This document shows, in pieces, positions 47,974 through 58,313 of a DNA stretch of 64,000 bases (position 1 is its first letter; the number at the start of each line of letters is the position of its first letter). The position numbers and the translations under genes are program-made. The notes below the pieces were generated by a model, which made no database searches, was not told the DNA's origin, and saw nothing but the letters and a program-made list of their open reading frames with translations. Source of the DNA: an uncultured Methanosarcinales archaeon (GTDB taxonomy: Archaea; Nanobdellota; Nanobdellia; Woesearchaeales; JACPIF01); assembly GCA_964602245.1 (NCBI GenBank), contig CAZRPY010000001.1:88246-152245 (forward strand). Direction: 5' to 3'.

Positions 47974-49158
47974 TCATAATATATCTGATTTAACAACTTC
48001 TCCAGGAGTTGTAATTTTATCTGGCCAGATTTTTCTGCCTGGATTTATAGAAGTATTAATGCCTAGCTTAACATTATCAGCTATAACAGCTCCAAATTTC
48101 TTTCTATTAGTATCAATTAATTCATCTTCATATAAGCTTTTAACATTTTCATTATCATGCCTTAAATCTGCAATAACTGTTCCTGCGCCTATGTTTACAT
48201 TTTCTCCAATTATACTTTCACCAATATAGGCAAAATGTTTCGAAGTAACATTATCCATAATAATAGAATTTTTAACTTCTGACAAGCCAATTCTGCAGTT
48301 ATTGCCTATAAATGTATAAGGTCTTATAAAACAGTTTGGACCTATTGTACAGTTATCTCCTATAACTACTGGACCTTCGATATAGCTTCCTGACTTGACA
48401 ATTGTGTTTCTTCCTATTATTACATTGCTTTTTATTGTGACATTTTTTTCTACCTTGCCATCAATATTTTCTCTTATGCTTTCCAGCAAGTTTTTATTTG
48501 CCTCTAAGAGGTGCCATGGATATCCTATAGGAATCCATTTATCTGCTCTAATTGCTTTTACTTGCTCTCTTTCTGCTAGAACATTAATAGCATCTGTTAT
48601 CTCATACTCACCTCTAGTAGATTGCTCAATATTTTCTAGGATAAGAAAGATTGAATCTGAGAGTAAATACATGCCAGTATTAACTTGATGTGATATAAAT
48701 TGTTCTGGCTTTTCCACAATTCTTTTTAGGACGCCTTTTTCCTCAACAATAACACCAAAATTTTCAGGCCATTCCATGTCATGGCACATTACTGCAGAAG
48801 CTTTATTTTTCATTAAGTCTTTGACATCCTGCTTAAAAAATAAATCATCTCCACCAAAAACAATAAAATTTCCTTTCAAATGCTCTTTTGCCTGCAATAA
48901 TGCATGGCCTGTGCCAAGCTGCTCTAATTGCTCTACATACCTTATTTTAACACCTGAGTGTTTCAGGCCTATAAGTTTTTGAATCATATCACCCTTATAG
49001 CCAATAATAATAATCATTTCGTCAAATAAATTACCAATTTGCTCAAGATTATGCTCAATAATTGTTTTATTTGCAACCTTAAGTAGAGGCTTAGGCCTTG
49101 TTAATGTTAAAGGATAACATCTCTTGCCTATTCCTGCTGCTAACATGACTGCTTTCAT
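47974..49158 (-). CDS. glmU: bifunctional sugar-1-phosphate nucleotidyltransferase / acetyltransferase (archaeal GlmU-like)
   Basis: MKAVMLAAGIGKRCYPLTLTRPKPL NTase motif plus C-terminal left-handed beta-helix hexapeptide repeats; 394 aa. Confidence 0.85.
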   Translation of the reverse strand: MKAVMLAAGIGKRCYPLTLTRPKPLLKVANKTIIEHNLEQIGNLFDEMIIIIGYKGDMIQKLIGLKHSGVKIRYVEQLEQLGTGHALLQAKEHLKGNFIVFGGDDLFFKQDVKDLMKNKASAVMCHDMEWPENFGVIVEEKGVLKRIVEKPEQFISHQVNTGMYLLSDSIFLILENIEQSTRGEYEITDAINVLAEREQVKAIRADKWIPIGYPWHLLEANKNLLESIRENIDGKVEKNVTIKSNVIIGRNTIVKSGSYIEGPVVIGDNCTIGPNCFIRPYTFIGNNCRIGLSEVKNSIIMDNVTSKHFAYIGESIIGENVNIGAGTVIADLRHDNENVKSLYEDELIDTNRKKFGAVIADNVKLGINTSINPGRKIWPDKITTPGEVVKSDIL

Positions 49159-49304
49159 TTTTTCTCCGCTTGCAAGGAAGAAGTTGGAACCGCATGCAAA
49201 GACTTACACACTGTGCATTGTATTAGTGTATCTTTATGAAAAATGTCATTTGTCTTAGTAAAGGTAGTTACTTTTTTGCATTGCTCGCAATATAGTTCCA
49301 ACAT
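49155..49304 (-). CDS. unannotated small zinc-ribbon protein (49 aa): MLELYCEQCKKVTTFTKTNDIFHKDTLIQCTVCKSLHAVPTSSLQAEKK
   Basis: ATG lies 2 nt after the glmM stop. Its TGA overlaps the glmU-like ATG (ATGA). CxxC-x20-CxxC. Below the ORF-track length cutoff. Confidence 0.45.
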   Translation of the reverse strand: MLELYCEQCKKVTTFTKTNDIFHKDTLIQCTVCKSLHAVPTSSLQAEKK

Positions 49305-49306
49305 AA

Positions 49307-50668
49307 TCACCCTAATACTGCTTTAATTTCTGTTGCAATAATATTTGCAATTTCTGCTATTTCCTTTTGGTGTTTGCCTTCAACCATAACTCTTGCTAGA
49401 TCTTCTGTTCCAGAGTACCTAACAAATACTCTCCCATTATTGTTAAGCCTTTTCTCTGCATTTTTAATCATTTTATAAACTTTTGGCATTTTTTCAAAAT
49501 CTCTTTTTTCTCTGACTTTAACATTTACTAAGACTTGTGGATACTTCTTAAAACTATATAATTCTGATAGCTTTTTGTTGGTCTTTTTCATGATACTTAA
49601 TACTTGCAGGCTAGCAATTATACCATCTCCTGTTGGATTATAATCTGCAAAAATTATATGTCCTGCTTGCTCACCACCAAGGTTAAGGGATTTCTCAAGA
49701 ATAGTGTCTATTACATACCTGTCACCTACTTTTGTCCTGATAAGCTTAATGCCATGCATTTTTAGTTCTTCTTCAATGCCTAAGTTACTCATAACTGTTG
49801 CAACTATAGTGTTTTCTTTTAGTTTTCCATTATTTTTCATGTCTATTGCACAAATTGCTAGTATATCATCGCCATCTATGAGCTTACCATTTTCATCGCA
49901 CATGACAACTCTGTCAGCATCTCCATCTAAGCCTATGCCTAAGTCTGCTTTATGCTTCTTAACAGCTGTAGAGAGATTATTGGCATATAAGGCACCACAG
50001 TTAAGGTTTATGTTAAGTCCATTAGGTTTATCATTTAAGACTATCGCATCTGCTCCCAGCTCTTTAAAGATGGTAGGAGCAACTGCATAGGCTGAGCCAT
50101 TTGCACAGTCTAACACTATTTTTAAGCCATACAGTTTGTTGCTAATAGAGCCTTTTGCAAGTTTAATATACCTGGCCCTTGCATCATCTATCCTATAGGC
50201 TTTTCCAAGCTCTTTTGCACTTACACCCTCTAAGTCATCAGAAAAGAGAAGCCTCTCAATTTCTAGCTCAATCTTATCCTTTATCTTAATACCCTCTTCT
50301 GAGAAAAACTTAATACCATTGTCTTCTGCTGGATTATGGGAGGCTGATATAACAATACCTGCATTAGCCTTAAGCTCTCTTGTCAAATAAGATATGGCTG
50401 GAGTAGGGATAGGGCCTACTAATAGCACATCAACACCCATAGAGCATATCCCAGAGGTTAAGGCTGTTTCTAGGATATAACCAGAGATTCTAGTATCTTT
50501 ACCTATAAGGATTTTAGCCCTATTATTAGCCTTATTAGGCTTTTTTTGCTTTGCTTTGGAAAATACCATAGCTACTGCTTTTCCAAGCTTTAAAGCCATT
50601 TCAGGGGTTATAGGATATTTATTAGCAACCCCCCTAATGCCATCTGTTCCAAATAACCTTTTCTCCAT
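49307..50668 (-). CDS. glmM: phosphoglucosamine mutase / phosphohexomutase
   Basis: GIVISASHNPAEDNGIKFF active-site Ser loop; 453 aa. Confidence 0.9.
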   Translation of the reverse strand: MEKRLFGTDGIRGVANKYPITPEMALKLGKAVAMVFSKAKQKKPNKANNRAKILIGKDTRISGYILETALTSGICSMGVDVLLVGPIPTPAISYLTRELKANAGIVISASHNPAEDNGIKFFSEEGIKIKDKIELEIERLLFSDDLEGVSAKELGKAYRIDDARARYIKLAKGSISNKLYGLKIVLDCANGSAYAVAPTIFKELGADAIVLNDKPNGLNINLNCGALYANNLSTAVKKHKADLGIGLDGDADRVVMCDENGKLIDGDDILAICAIDMKNNGKLKENTIVATVMSNLGIEEELKMHGIKLIRTKVGDRYVIDTILEKSLNLGGEQAGHIIFADYNPTGDGIIASLQVLSIMKKTNKKLSELYSFKKYPQVLVNVKVREKRDFEKMPKVYKMIKNAEKRLNNNGRVFVRYSGTEDLARVMVEGKHQKEIAEIANIIATEIKAVLG

Positions 50669-50757
50669 GCATTGAAAATCAGAAAGAGTTATATATAAGT
50701 ATTACTAAAGTATTTATAATACTATTAAAATTAATTTTTTAGTAGTTTGAGGTATTT

Positions 50758-51681
50758 ATGTATATAGTTACTAAAACAAAGGACAAAGTAGAGTCTCTAG
50801 CTGCTAAAGAGCTTAACCATAGGCAAATAAAGGCTTTAACATCTGAGTTAGCTAATAAAATCCTTATTGAGCTAGCTAAAGAGCCATCATATCCAATGGC
50901 TTTGGCAAATAAGCTTAGTATGAATGAACAGAAGATTTATTATCATATTAGGAAGCTGGAAAGAGAAAGGATAATACAGGTTGTTAAGACAGATAGTGTT
51001 CATGGGGCTGTGGCTAATTTCTATGGTCTTGTTGAGCCTGCTTTTGTGGTGAAATATGCTGAGTTTCAAGAGGCGCAGAAAATAGGCATAGAGGAACAAA
51101 CATCATATACTATACTAGATCCGTTTATTGAGAATGGACAGTTGAATGCTGTTATAATAGTAGGAAGTCCTGATCCTCATGGGCCTGAAAAGGCAAGAAG
51201 CAGAGATGGTTATTATGGCATTGATTTTGCCCTTTTCTTAGGCTCTTTTCTTAATGGAGTAAGTAACCTTAATGTTAAGCTGGACACAGAAGCAAGAACT
51301 GAAGATTTACAGAAGAATATTATCCTTATTGGAGGACCAGTAGTTAATAGCATTACTGCTGCAGTCAATTTAAAGATGCCTATAAGGTTTAACAAGGAAG
51401 GTAACTGGGCAATATTTTCAACTATTTCTAATAAAGAATATCACTCTGATGAGGCTGGGGTTATAGTGAAGATGAAAAATCCCTTTAATAAAAAGAAATT
51501 TGTATTAATAATAGCTGGAAAGAGATATGCTGGAACTAAGGCTGTAATGATTGCTTTTATCAAGCATTTTAAGGAGATTGCAAAGGGTAATAAGTTTAAC
51601 GATAAAGTGTTTGCAAAGGTTATTGAAGGGATTGACCTTGACTCTGATGGGATTGTGGATGAGATTGAGGTATTAGAGTAG
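50758..51681 (+). CDS. winged helix-turn-helix domain protein with uncharacterised C-terminal domain
   Basis: N-terminal ArsR/MarR-like wHTH (KILIELAKEPSYPMALANKLSMNEQKIYYHIRKLERERII); 307 aa. Confidence 0.45.
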   Translation: MYIVTKTKDKVESLAAKELNHRQIKALTSELANKILIELAKEPSYPMALANKLSMNEQKIYYHIRKLERERIIQVVKTDSVHGAVANFYGLVEPAFVVKYAEFQEAQKIGIEEQTSYTILDPFIENGQLNAVIIVGSPDPHGPEKARSRDGYYGIDFALFLGSFLNGVSNLNVKLDTEARTEDLQKNIILIGGPVVNSITAAVNLKMPIRFNKEGNWAIFSTISNKEYHSDEAGVIVKMKNPFNKKKFVLIIAGKRYAGTKAVMIAFIKHFKEIAKGNKFNDKVFAKVIEGIDLDSDGIVDEIEVLE

Positions 51682-51693
51682 AATGGAATTACC

Positions 51694-52194
51694 TTAAAAA
51701 ACTGCTTTTAGGACTTTATTTACTATCTTACTTAAAGATTTCTTATTAAGTGTTGTTGTATCTATTTTAAGTACCTTATGTCCTTTTTCTATAGCTTCAT
51801 TATAGCATATTTCAAAGATCTCTGCATCAAGGTTTTCTCTAATCTTCTTGCTAGTATAGCCTCTCTTCTCTAGAATTCTTTTTAGTTTTTTAATATCACA
51901 AATAAGTACAATGCATAACTCTACTAATTTTCTTGGCAGATAGTGAGATAGGTGAGAGTCAAATATAATACCCTTGTAATTCTGATTCTTAGCATGATTG
52001 TATAACCTTTTAAATGCGATGACCATTTTATTGGTATCAACTATCTTAACCCTTCTTGATTTGTCATAGCCTGCATAGATGCTATTTCCTAGTTTAGGTA
52101 TATCAACATAATAAAAGCCAAGTTTTTTTGCAAGAATTTTGCTAAGGTATGTTTTACCAGTTCCTGGAGTGCCTGTTATAGCTACTACTTTCAT
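51694..52194 (-). CDS. putative adenylate kinase (AK6/Fap7 family)
   Basis: MKVVAITGTPGTGKTYLSKILAKKLG P-loop; 166 aa; pattern matches archaeal AK6. Confidence 0.8.
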   Translation of the reverse strand: MKVVAITGTPGTGKTYLSKILAKKLGFYYVDIPKLGNSIYAGYDKSRRVKIVDTNKMVIAFKRLYNHAKNQNYKGIIFDSHLSHYLPRKLVELCIVLICDIKKLKRILEKRGYTSKKIRENLDAEIFEICYNEAIEKGHKVLKIDTTTLNKKSLSKIVNKVLKAVF

Positions 52195-52269
52195 TTAATT
52201 GTGATGTAATACTTTGTATATAAAATTTCTTCCATAAAGCATATATATTCTTAATAATTACCTTAGCAA

Positions 52270-52725
52270 ATGCAATGTGATGTCTGTGGCCAGAGAGAGC
52301 AGCAATATATAGCTATAATTGAGGGAAGCACTTTAAGTGTATGCCAGTATTGTGCAAAATTTGGTAAGGTTTTAAGAAAAATTAACTTAAATAAAGAAAA
52401 ACTAAGTTCTAAAAATCTAAATAGCAAGATAGAAGTGGAAATAATAGAGACAATTGTACCAGATTTTTCTACATTAATTAAAAAGAAAAGAGAATCAATG
52501 AAGTTGAATCATGAGGAATTCGCAGCTAAATTAGGAATAAAGGCTTCGATTCTTCATAAAATTGAAACAGGACATTACAATCCAGATATAAGCACTATTA
52601 AAAAAATAGAGAGCATATTAAATTTAAGATTAACAGAGAAAAATGAGTATAAGGAAGAAGTAAAAGGTAGTAAAGAAATAAAAGGAATGACGATAGGAGA
52701 TTTTATTAAAATAAATAGAAAATAA
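52270..52725 (+). CDS. archaeal multiprotein-bridging factor 1 (aMBF1): Zn ribbon plus Cro/C1-type HTH
   Basis: CDVCGQ...CQYCAKFG zinc ribbon and EEFAAKLGIKASILHKIETG HTH. Confidence 0.7.
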   Translation: MQCDVCGQREQQYIAIIEGSTLSVCQYCAKFGKVLRKINLNKEKLSSKNLNSKIEVEIIETIVPDFSTLIKKKRESMKLNHEEFAAKLGIKASILHKIETGHYNPDISTIKKIESILNLRLTEKNEYKEEVKGSKEIKGMTIGDFIKINRK

Positions 52726-52726
52726 T

Positions 52727-53368
52727 TTAAATTGATTCTATTGTTTGTTCTATAACATTACTATCCATAAAACCAATATATTTACTATCATTCACTATTA
52801 TTGAAGGTGCTTGATCAATATTATAAAGAGTTTTTATAGTGTTTACAGCGCTGTTATTAATATTTATATCAAACGAATAAACTCTAGCATTTGGATGCTT
52901 TTTTCTTATATAGTTAAGGACAAAACCTTGTTCTTGACATTTTGGACAATCTCCTTTATTAGAGTAGAAATATAGTATTGGTATTAAGGAATTCTGGCAT
53001 TCTTTGTTTGTTTTCTTAATAAATAGCCAATGCCTTATCTCTAGCAAAGAATAATATTCTTTTAATGCTCTAACTCTTTCGTCTTTCTCTCCAAGGCTGT
53101 TTTCCATAAAATCGAGTTTTATACCAACATTATAAAGCTCATCAGTTAATGAGCTTGTGTTTGCTGCATTGCAAGGGTTTTCTGATACTAATAGGTATTC
53201 AATTTCTAGCGCTAATGTATCTACCCTGAGGTCTTGTTCAAGTCTTTCCAATTTCTCTAATTTGATATTTGTTATATAAGAACCTATTAGCAAGCCTATA
53301 ATAAAGATAAGAGTGGTTGTGGCAAAAATAGCCAAGTATTTTGTTTTTGATATTACTTTCCTGTCCAT
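52727..53368 (-). CDS. membrane-anchored thioredoxin-fold protein (CPKC motif)
   Basis: N-terminal TM helix; YFYSNKGDCPKCQEQ...APSIIVND resembles Trx/DsbA-type CxxC folds. Confidence 0.4.
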   Translation of the reverse strand: MDRKVISKTKYLAIFATTTLIFIIGLLIGSYITNIKLEKLERLEQDLRVDTLALEIEYLLVSENPCNAANTSSLTDELYNVGIKLDFMENSLGEKDERVRALKEYYSLLEIRHWLFIKKTNKECQNSLIPILYFYSNKGDCPKCQEQGFVLNYIRKKHPNARVYSFDININNSAVNTIKTLYNIDQAPSIIVNDSKYIGFMDSNVIEQTIESI

Positions 53369-53420
53369 TTTAAGCTTAAAAATAGGGTATTTTATAAATC
53401 TTTAGAGATTAATATATTAG

Positions 53421-54659
53421 TTAAAGCCTTTTGTTACCCCATTTAATCTTTCTGCCTGTAGCTTTGTAAAAAATTGCTGCTATCCACCAAAAGCCGAAAA
53501 GTATCCAATAAGCTATAATATAAAGGACATAATGCCATTTAATACTTAATTTTTCCTTTGAAATATTCTTTGCAAAATATACTATCATAATTCCTAGCAC
53601 TAATGCTAATAAGGAGAGGAACATGAGTGAATTGGTATTTATTAAGTATGTGTCAAAATTGAAATCTATTAAAGTTTTAAAGTCAAAGCCTATAGAATAG
53701 AAGTTAATTATGTTTTGTATTGCACTATCAATGAATTTATAGCTAAAGTAAATTAACGATATAATTACCAGAAATACAGAAAAAAAGGAGGCTGGCAGAA
53801 TAAATAAGCCTAGATTGCCATATTTTCTGCTAAACAGTTCTCTGTATTTCCAAGTATTTTCAAAAAAGCCAATATACCATCTTAATCTTTGCTTATAAAG
53901 CGTACCAAATTTATTTGGGGAAATAGTAAATACCTCTGCGTTAACTGAATTTTCAATATAGTAATTGTGTTTTTGGATTCTTAGAGCAACTTCTATGTCT
54001 TCTGTTAGATTGTTTTCGTCATAGTAGCCATATTTTTCAAAGAATGATTTACGGTATATAGTAAAAGGGCCAGGTGTAACATGTATGCTGCCTAAAAATG
54101 CGAACATTTTTCTAAGAAAAACTCCTATTAAATACTCAATTCTTTGAATTTTTTGCAGGAAATTAGTTGGCTTATGAACTTTTAAGGAGGGAGTTACAGC
54201 CATTATTTTGGGACTTAACTCGAAGTAACTTATGATTTTCCTTAACGCATCTCTTTTTACATACGAATCTGCGTCAAGAGCACCTACAAACTCTGAAGTG
54301 CATCTTTTAAGAGCATAATTGAGAGCTGAAGCTTTTCCTCCATTCTTTTTTCTATATACTCTGCAGTTTTCGTTTTCAAAGTTTTTTGCAATTTTATAGG
54401 TGTTGTCTGTGCTTCCATCATCAACAACTATAATCTTTAATTTATCTTTTGGATAGTCTAGATTTATTAAGGAATTTAAAGTTATTTCTATATTAGATTC
54501 TTCATTAAAGGCTGGAACTATTATTGTTACTTCGGGGTATTTTTCTGGATTTTTGGTTCTTATTGTGCCTTTATTTTCAATAAGTGTTAATATAAAGAAT
54601 ATTGATGTAAATAAACTAAAGTACGCTACTATGTAAACTATTAAATCGCCTGTATTCAT
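53421..54659 (-). CDS. processive family-2 glycosyltransferase (cellulose/chitin/hyaluronan-synthase-like)
   Basis: VTIIVPAFNEE, VDDGSTDNT, LDADSY and QRLRWYIGF (QxxRW) motifs; N- and C-terminal TM helices. Confidence 0.8.
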   Translation of the reverse strand: MNTGDLIVYIVAYFSLFTSIFFILTLIENKGTIRTKNPEKYPEVTIIVPAFNEESNIEITLNSLINLDYPKDKLKIIVVDDGSTDNTYKIAKNFENENCRVYRKKNGGKASALNYALKRCTSEFVGALDADSYVKRDALRKIISYFELSPKIMAVTPSLKVHKPTNFLQKIQRIEYLIGVFLRKMFAFLGSIHVTPGPFTIYRKSFFEKYGYYDENNLTEDIEVALRIQKHNYYIENSVNAEVFTISPNKFGTLYKQRLRWYIGFFENTWKYRELFSRKYGNLGLFILPASFFSVFLVIISLIYFSYKFIDSAIQNIINFYSIGFDFKTLIDFNFDTYLINTNSLMFLSLLALVLGIMIVYFAKNISKEKLSIKWHYVLYIIAYWILFGFWWIAAIFYKATGRKIKWGNKRL

Positions 54660-54665
54660 ACATAT

Positions 54666-56108
54666 CTACCCTATGTATTTCCATATACTAATATCACGTT
54701 CTTGATAAATATTTCTAAAAGTTTGATTATTCCTTAGCATATATAATAATCCTTCGTCAGGCTTATTCCATACTAGACCCTCTTTCATATCTTTATCAAT
54801 CCAGATATAAGTAACATTATAAAGCTCTAATAATCTTTTTGTCTCTCTTAGATTCCTTCCATAGAAGATTTTATTAGCGTTCTCAAATCTTTCTAGGGCA
54901 TCTGGGATATAGCTAAAATCGTTATCAAGAATAACTTTTCTATCTGCAAGAAACTCTATCCAATAACCTTTTGAAAAATGAGATAAGACTATTTCATTCC
55001 TTTTAGAATTAACATTTAACCAAACTAAGCTATCTACGACATTTTTGCTAGGATTAGTTGTGGCTAGTCTGCTTAAATATGATATTGAAGAGAATAGTAA
55101 TCCACAAAATATTGCCAAGATAGTTAGTTCCTTAATTAAATACATTGTCCATTTTCTTTTAATGAGGTAGTAAACTCCTATTCCTGAGAAAACTGAGATA
55201 AAAAAATTGAGATAAATATTGGGCAGATCGTTAAATATTGTTAAGACGAATAAAGCGAAAATTGTTAAATATATAATATACAGTTTTCTTTTTTGTCCCC
55301 ATGTAAATACTAGTCCTAAACCTGAGAGAATTAAAGAGAAAACGGAAAAACCTAAATTGTCTCCCATATCAGAAAAAAATCTTTGGAAGAAATTTTTTGG
55401 AAGAAAGTTAACATTATTTGGTAGACCGTATTTCCAATAGAGGACTGAAGAATAAAATATAATGAAAAATGTTAATATGCAGAAAAGCAAGAGATAAAGC
55501 CTTAGCATATGTTTTTTATAAAATGAATATGATAGTAAAACGGCTAATGCGATAAAAGGAGCAATAAAACTGAAAAATGCAGAGATTATTAAGAAGAATA
55601 TTGATAAACTAAAAGAGAGCATATCTTCTTTAAGGAAAAAATAAATTCCCAACAAAGTGAAGAGAATGGCTAATGCCCCTGGACTCGAATAGCTAAAAAT
55701 TCCTAGAAAATGTGGAGAAAGGATTAATATAATTAATATATAAAAGATGCTCTCATTATTAAATTTTAGGTTAGCTAAAAGAGAATGAAAAATAATTAAA
55801 GAAATAAGTCCACTTAATAATGGTAGTAATTGTGACGAGAATTCAGTTCCTAAAAGATAACCAACTCTTGATAAGACTAAATGATAAGGCTCTATAATAT
55901 AAGGTCTTATTCCTGTCACTAACTCATCTTTTTCAGGAATACCATGCTCAATAAGATATCTTGCCATTCTAGCGTGATAATATGATTCTTCTCCTACCAT
56001 TAGAGAATTGAAATTAAAAAACCTGATAAATGGGGTAAGCAATAGAGTAATTATTCCTATAAATATCATTAAAAGGAAGACATTTCTAGTAGTAAAGTAA
56101 GTTTTCAT
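54666..56108 (-). CDS. polytopic membrane protein, hypothetical (GT-C or polymerase-like)
   Basis: 480 aa, at least 12 TM segments, C-terminal soluble domain. Confidence 0.4.
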   Translation of the reverse strand: MKTYFTTRNVFLLMIFIGIITLLLTPFIRFFNFNSLMVGEESYYHARMARYLIEHGIPEKDELVTGIRPYIIEPYHLVLSRVGYLLGTEFSSQLLPLLSGLISLIIFHSLLANLKFNNESIFYILIILILSPHFLGIFSYSSPGALAILFTLLGIYFFLKEDMLSFSLSIFFLIISAFFSFIAPFIALAVLLSYSFYKKHMLRLYLLLFCILTFFIIFYSSVLYWKYGLPNNVNFLPKNFFQRFFSDMGDNLGFSVFSLILSGLGLVFTWGQKRKLYIIYLTIFALFVLTIFNDLPNIYLNFFISVFSGIGVYYLIKRKWTMYLIKELTILAIFCGLLFSSISYLSRLATTNPSKNVVDSLVWLNVNSKRNEIVLSHFSKGYWIEFLADRKVILDNDFSYIPDALERFENANKIFYGRNLRETKRLLELYNVTYIWIDKDMKEGLVWNKPDEGLLYMLRNNQTFRNIYQERDISIWKYIG

Positions 56109-56109
56109 T

Positions 56110-57609
56110 TTATATCCCTAAAGTACATAAAGATTTGTATAATTGAATATCATCCTTATTGTAAATTTCTTTGAAACATTCTTTATTGCTGACAAAAGAT
56201 AATAATTGAATATTATAAAGTTCTTTTGTTCTTTGTGAAAAATAAATATAACCAATGCCATACTTGTCAATTATCCTTATTGCCTCTGTCTCTAGAGGCG
56301 TACGATAAAATATATTTATATCTTGAAATCTTTGATCTATATTATCAATCAAAAGAAAATTTGTGTCAATAACGTTTCCTCTTTTTCCAATAGTGTTGAT
56401 AAGGTGTCCCTCATATAGATTTCCTAATATTATAGCTTTATCTTCAGTATTTCTGGAGATCCATTCTAGAGCTTTAATTTCTGAATTTGTTACGGTACCT
56501 TGCAAAGCTTTATCTGCTGAATAAAGCGAAGGAATTACTGAAAAGATAAGGAATATCATGGTAAAGAATAAAACAAAGAGATATTGCTTTTTTTGGAACC
56601 TAGTCTTTGATAAATATTGTAAAAATTCTTTATAATAAACTGAAAATAGAATAACTAGTATGGGGCTAAGGAAAAGCATACCTATAACTAGACTAATTAA
56701 TTTTAACCATAATGAAATTGAAATTGAAATTGAAAAAGATATTATAAGATATAATTTTCTATTCTTTTCCTTAAAAAGATATTTATAGATAGTATATACG
56801 CCAAAGATTAATGGAATAAGACCAATTGAGTATATAGATTCAATAATACTTATATCTTTAAAATAATTGATTAGAATCTCAGAAGGTATGTTTTGCCAAA
56901 TGACAAAAATTCCATGAGTGAGAAAAGGTTTTTTAAATGTTATAAAAATTGACCATAATATGAGGAATGTTGAAAATAAGATTATTTCTATTTCTTCTTT
57001 TAATTGAGGCAAACCCTCAAACTTAATCATTATTAAGTAAATCAATAGAGAAAATATGAGTAGAAGAACAGAAGGATGGATAACTCTTAAAAAAAGTATT
57101 AAGATTATTATAATGAACACGTATTTTCTGCTTTCATAAAGTCTTAGCATACAATAAATAAAAAGTAAGATTATAGGGGTTACAAGAGAGTAGACTGAAA
57201 TGTCATTTATTGTTCTGAGATAAAATACTGGGATAAAGCCTGAGACATATGCTGAGAATAATGAAGTGTTTTTATTTTGCGTTAAATATAATGAGAGGTA
57301 ATAGATAATAATTATAATTGAGGTAACTAGTAAATTAGGAATAATCTTATAAACTACAAATTCTGGCAAGAAAAGCCTAAAAAAGGCTAAAACATAAAAG
57401 TAAAGAAATCCTTGGAATAAAGTTCTGCCACCATAACTTAAATTATCCTTAAAGACTGGTAATCCGGTATCAAGAATGTGATCAACTTGTCTTATAGTAT
57501 AGTAAGCATCCAATAAATAATTGTCTGATTGGAAGGCAAAATATAGCCTAACACTAAAGATAATTATAAATAGAATGGCAAGGATTAAATATTCGCTTTT
57601 AATTCTCAT
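56110..57609 (-). CDS. polytopic membrane protein, hypothetical (GT-C or polymerase-like)
   Basis: 499 aa, highly hydrophobic; 1-nt gap to the downstream gene. Confidence 0.4.
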   Translation of the reverse strand: MRIKSEYLILAILFIIIFSVRLYFAFQSDNYLLDAYYTIRQVDHILDTGLPVFKDNLSYGGRTLFQGFLYFYVLAFFRLFLPEFVVYKIIPNLLVTSIIIIIYYLSLYLTQNKNTSLFSAYVSGFIPVFYLRTINDISVYSLVTPIILLFIYCMLRLYESRKYVFIIIILILFLRVIHPSVLLLIFSLLIYLIMIKFEGLPQLKEEIEIILFSTFLILWSIFITFKKPFLTHGIFVIWQNIPSEILINYFKDISIIESIYSIGLIPLIFGVYTIYKYLFKEKNRKLYLIISFSISISISLWLKLISLVIGMLFLSPILVILFSVYYKEFLQYLSKTRFQKKQYLFVLFFTMIFLIFSVIPSLYSADKALQGTVTNSEIKALEWISRNTEDKAIILGNLYEGHLINTIGKRGNVIDTNFLLIDNIDQRFQDINIFYRTPLETEAIRIIDKYGIGYIYFSQRTKELYNIQLLSFVSNKECFKEIYNKDDIQLYKSLCTLGI

Positions 57610-57662
57610 ATTAAAGGCTTTTTGGCATTAGATTTATTAATTTTGTTGAAATTCTTAGTTAA

Positions 57663-58313
57663 ATGGCTATAAAAATTGAGAAGATTCTGAAAGAAGTCTA
57701 TTCAAAGCCTGGAGTAAAGCTTATTTATGGACCAGCCGGGAGCGGAAAGAGCTTATTTTGCTTACTTGCTATTAAACTGAGGAAAGATAAAGAAGGCAAG
57801 ATAATTTACATTGATTGCCAATCAAGCGTTTTTCCTTATTCAAGATTAAAACAAATATTAAATAGCCAGGACTTAGACTATATAAAAGAAAGTATATTTT
57901 TTATACACCCGAAGAGTTTTTATGAACAGTCTAGAATTATAGATAATGTTTCTAAATTAAAAGATATCAGTATAATTATAATTGATAATATAACTTACCT
58001 CTATAGGTTAGAAAAGGGAGGGTATGGGAAAGCATATAATATTAGTAAAAGTTTAATGAAACAAATTGATACATTAGCTTATATTTCTAATAATCTAAAA
58101 ATACCGATTGTGATTTCCGGTCATATTTATTCTGTACCAAATGAAAGGTCTATGAAAAAGTTTGAGATAGTGGGTGGACAGATATTAAGAAAGAAGGCTG
58201 TGTGGCAGATAGAGCTAATAGAAAGTAGTAGTGAAAGGAAGGTTATTATAGTGCAAGATGGGAAAAAGAATGAGTTTTTATTTAGAATCACTGAAAATGG
58301 AATTGAAGACTAG
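57663..58313 (+). CDS. radB: DNA repair and recombination protein RadB
   Basis: IYGPAGSGKSLFCL Walker A; 216 aa; C-terminal FLFRITENGIED matches the RadB terminus FRITERGIEDVE. Confidence 0.8.
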   Translation: MAIKIEKILKEVYSKPGVKLIYGPAGSGKSLFCLLAIKLRKDKEGKIIYIDCQSSVFPYSRLKQILNSQDLDYIKESIFFIHPKSFYEQSRIIDNVSKLKDISIIIIDNITYLYRLEKGGYGKAYNISKSLMKQIDTLAYISNNLKIPIVISGHIYSVPNERSMKKFEIVGGQILRKKAVWQIELIESSSERKVIIVQDGKKNEFLFRITENGIED

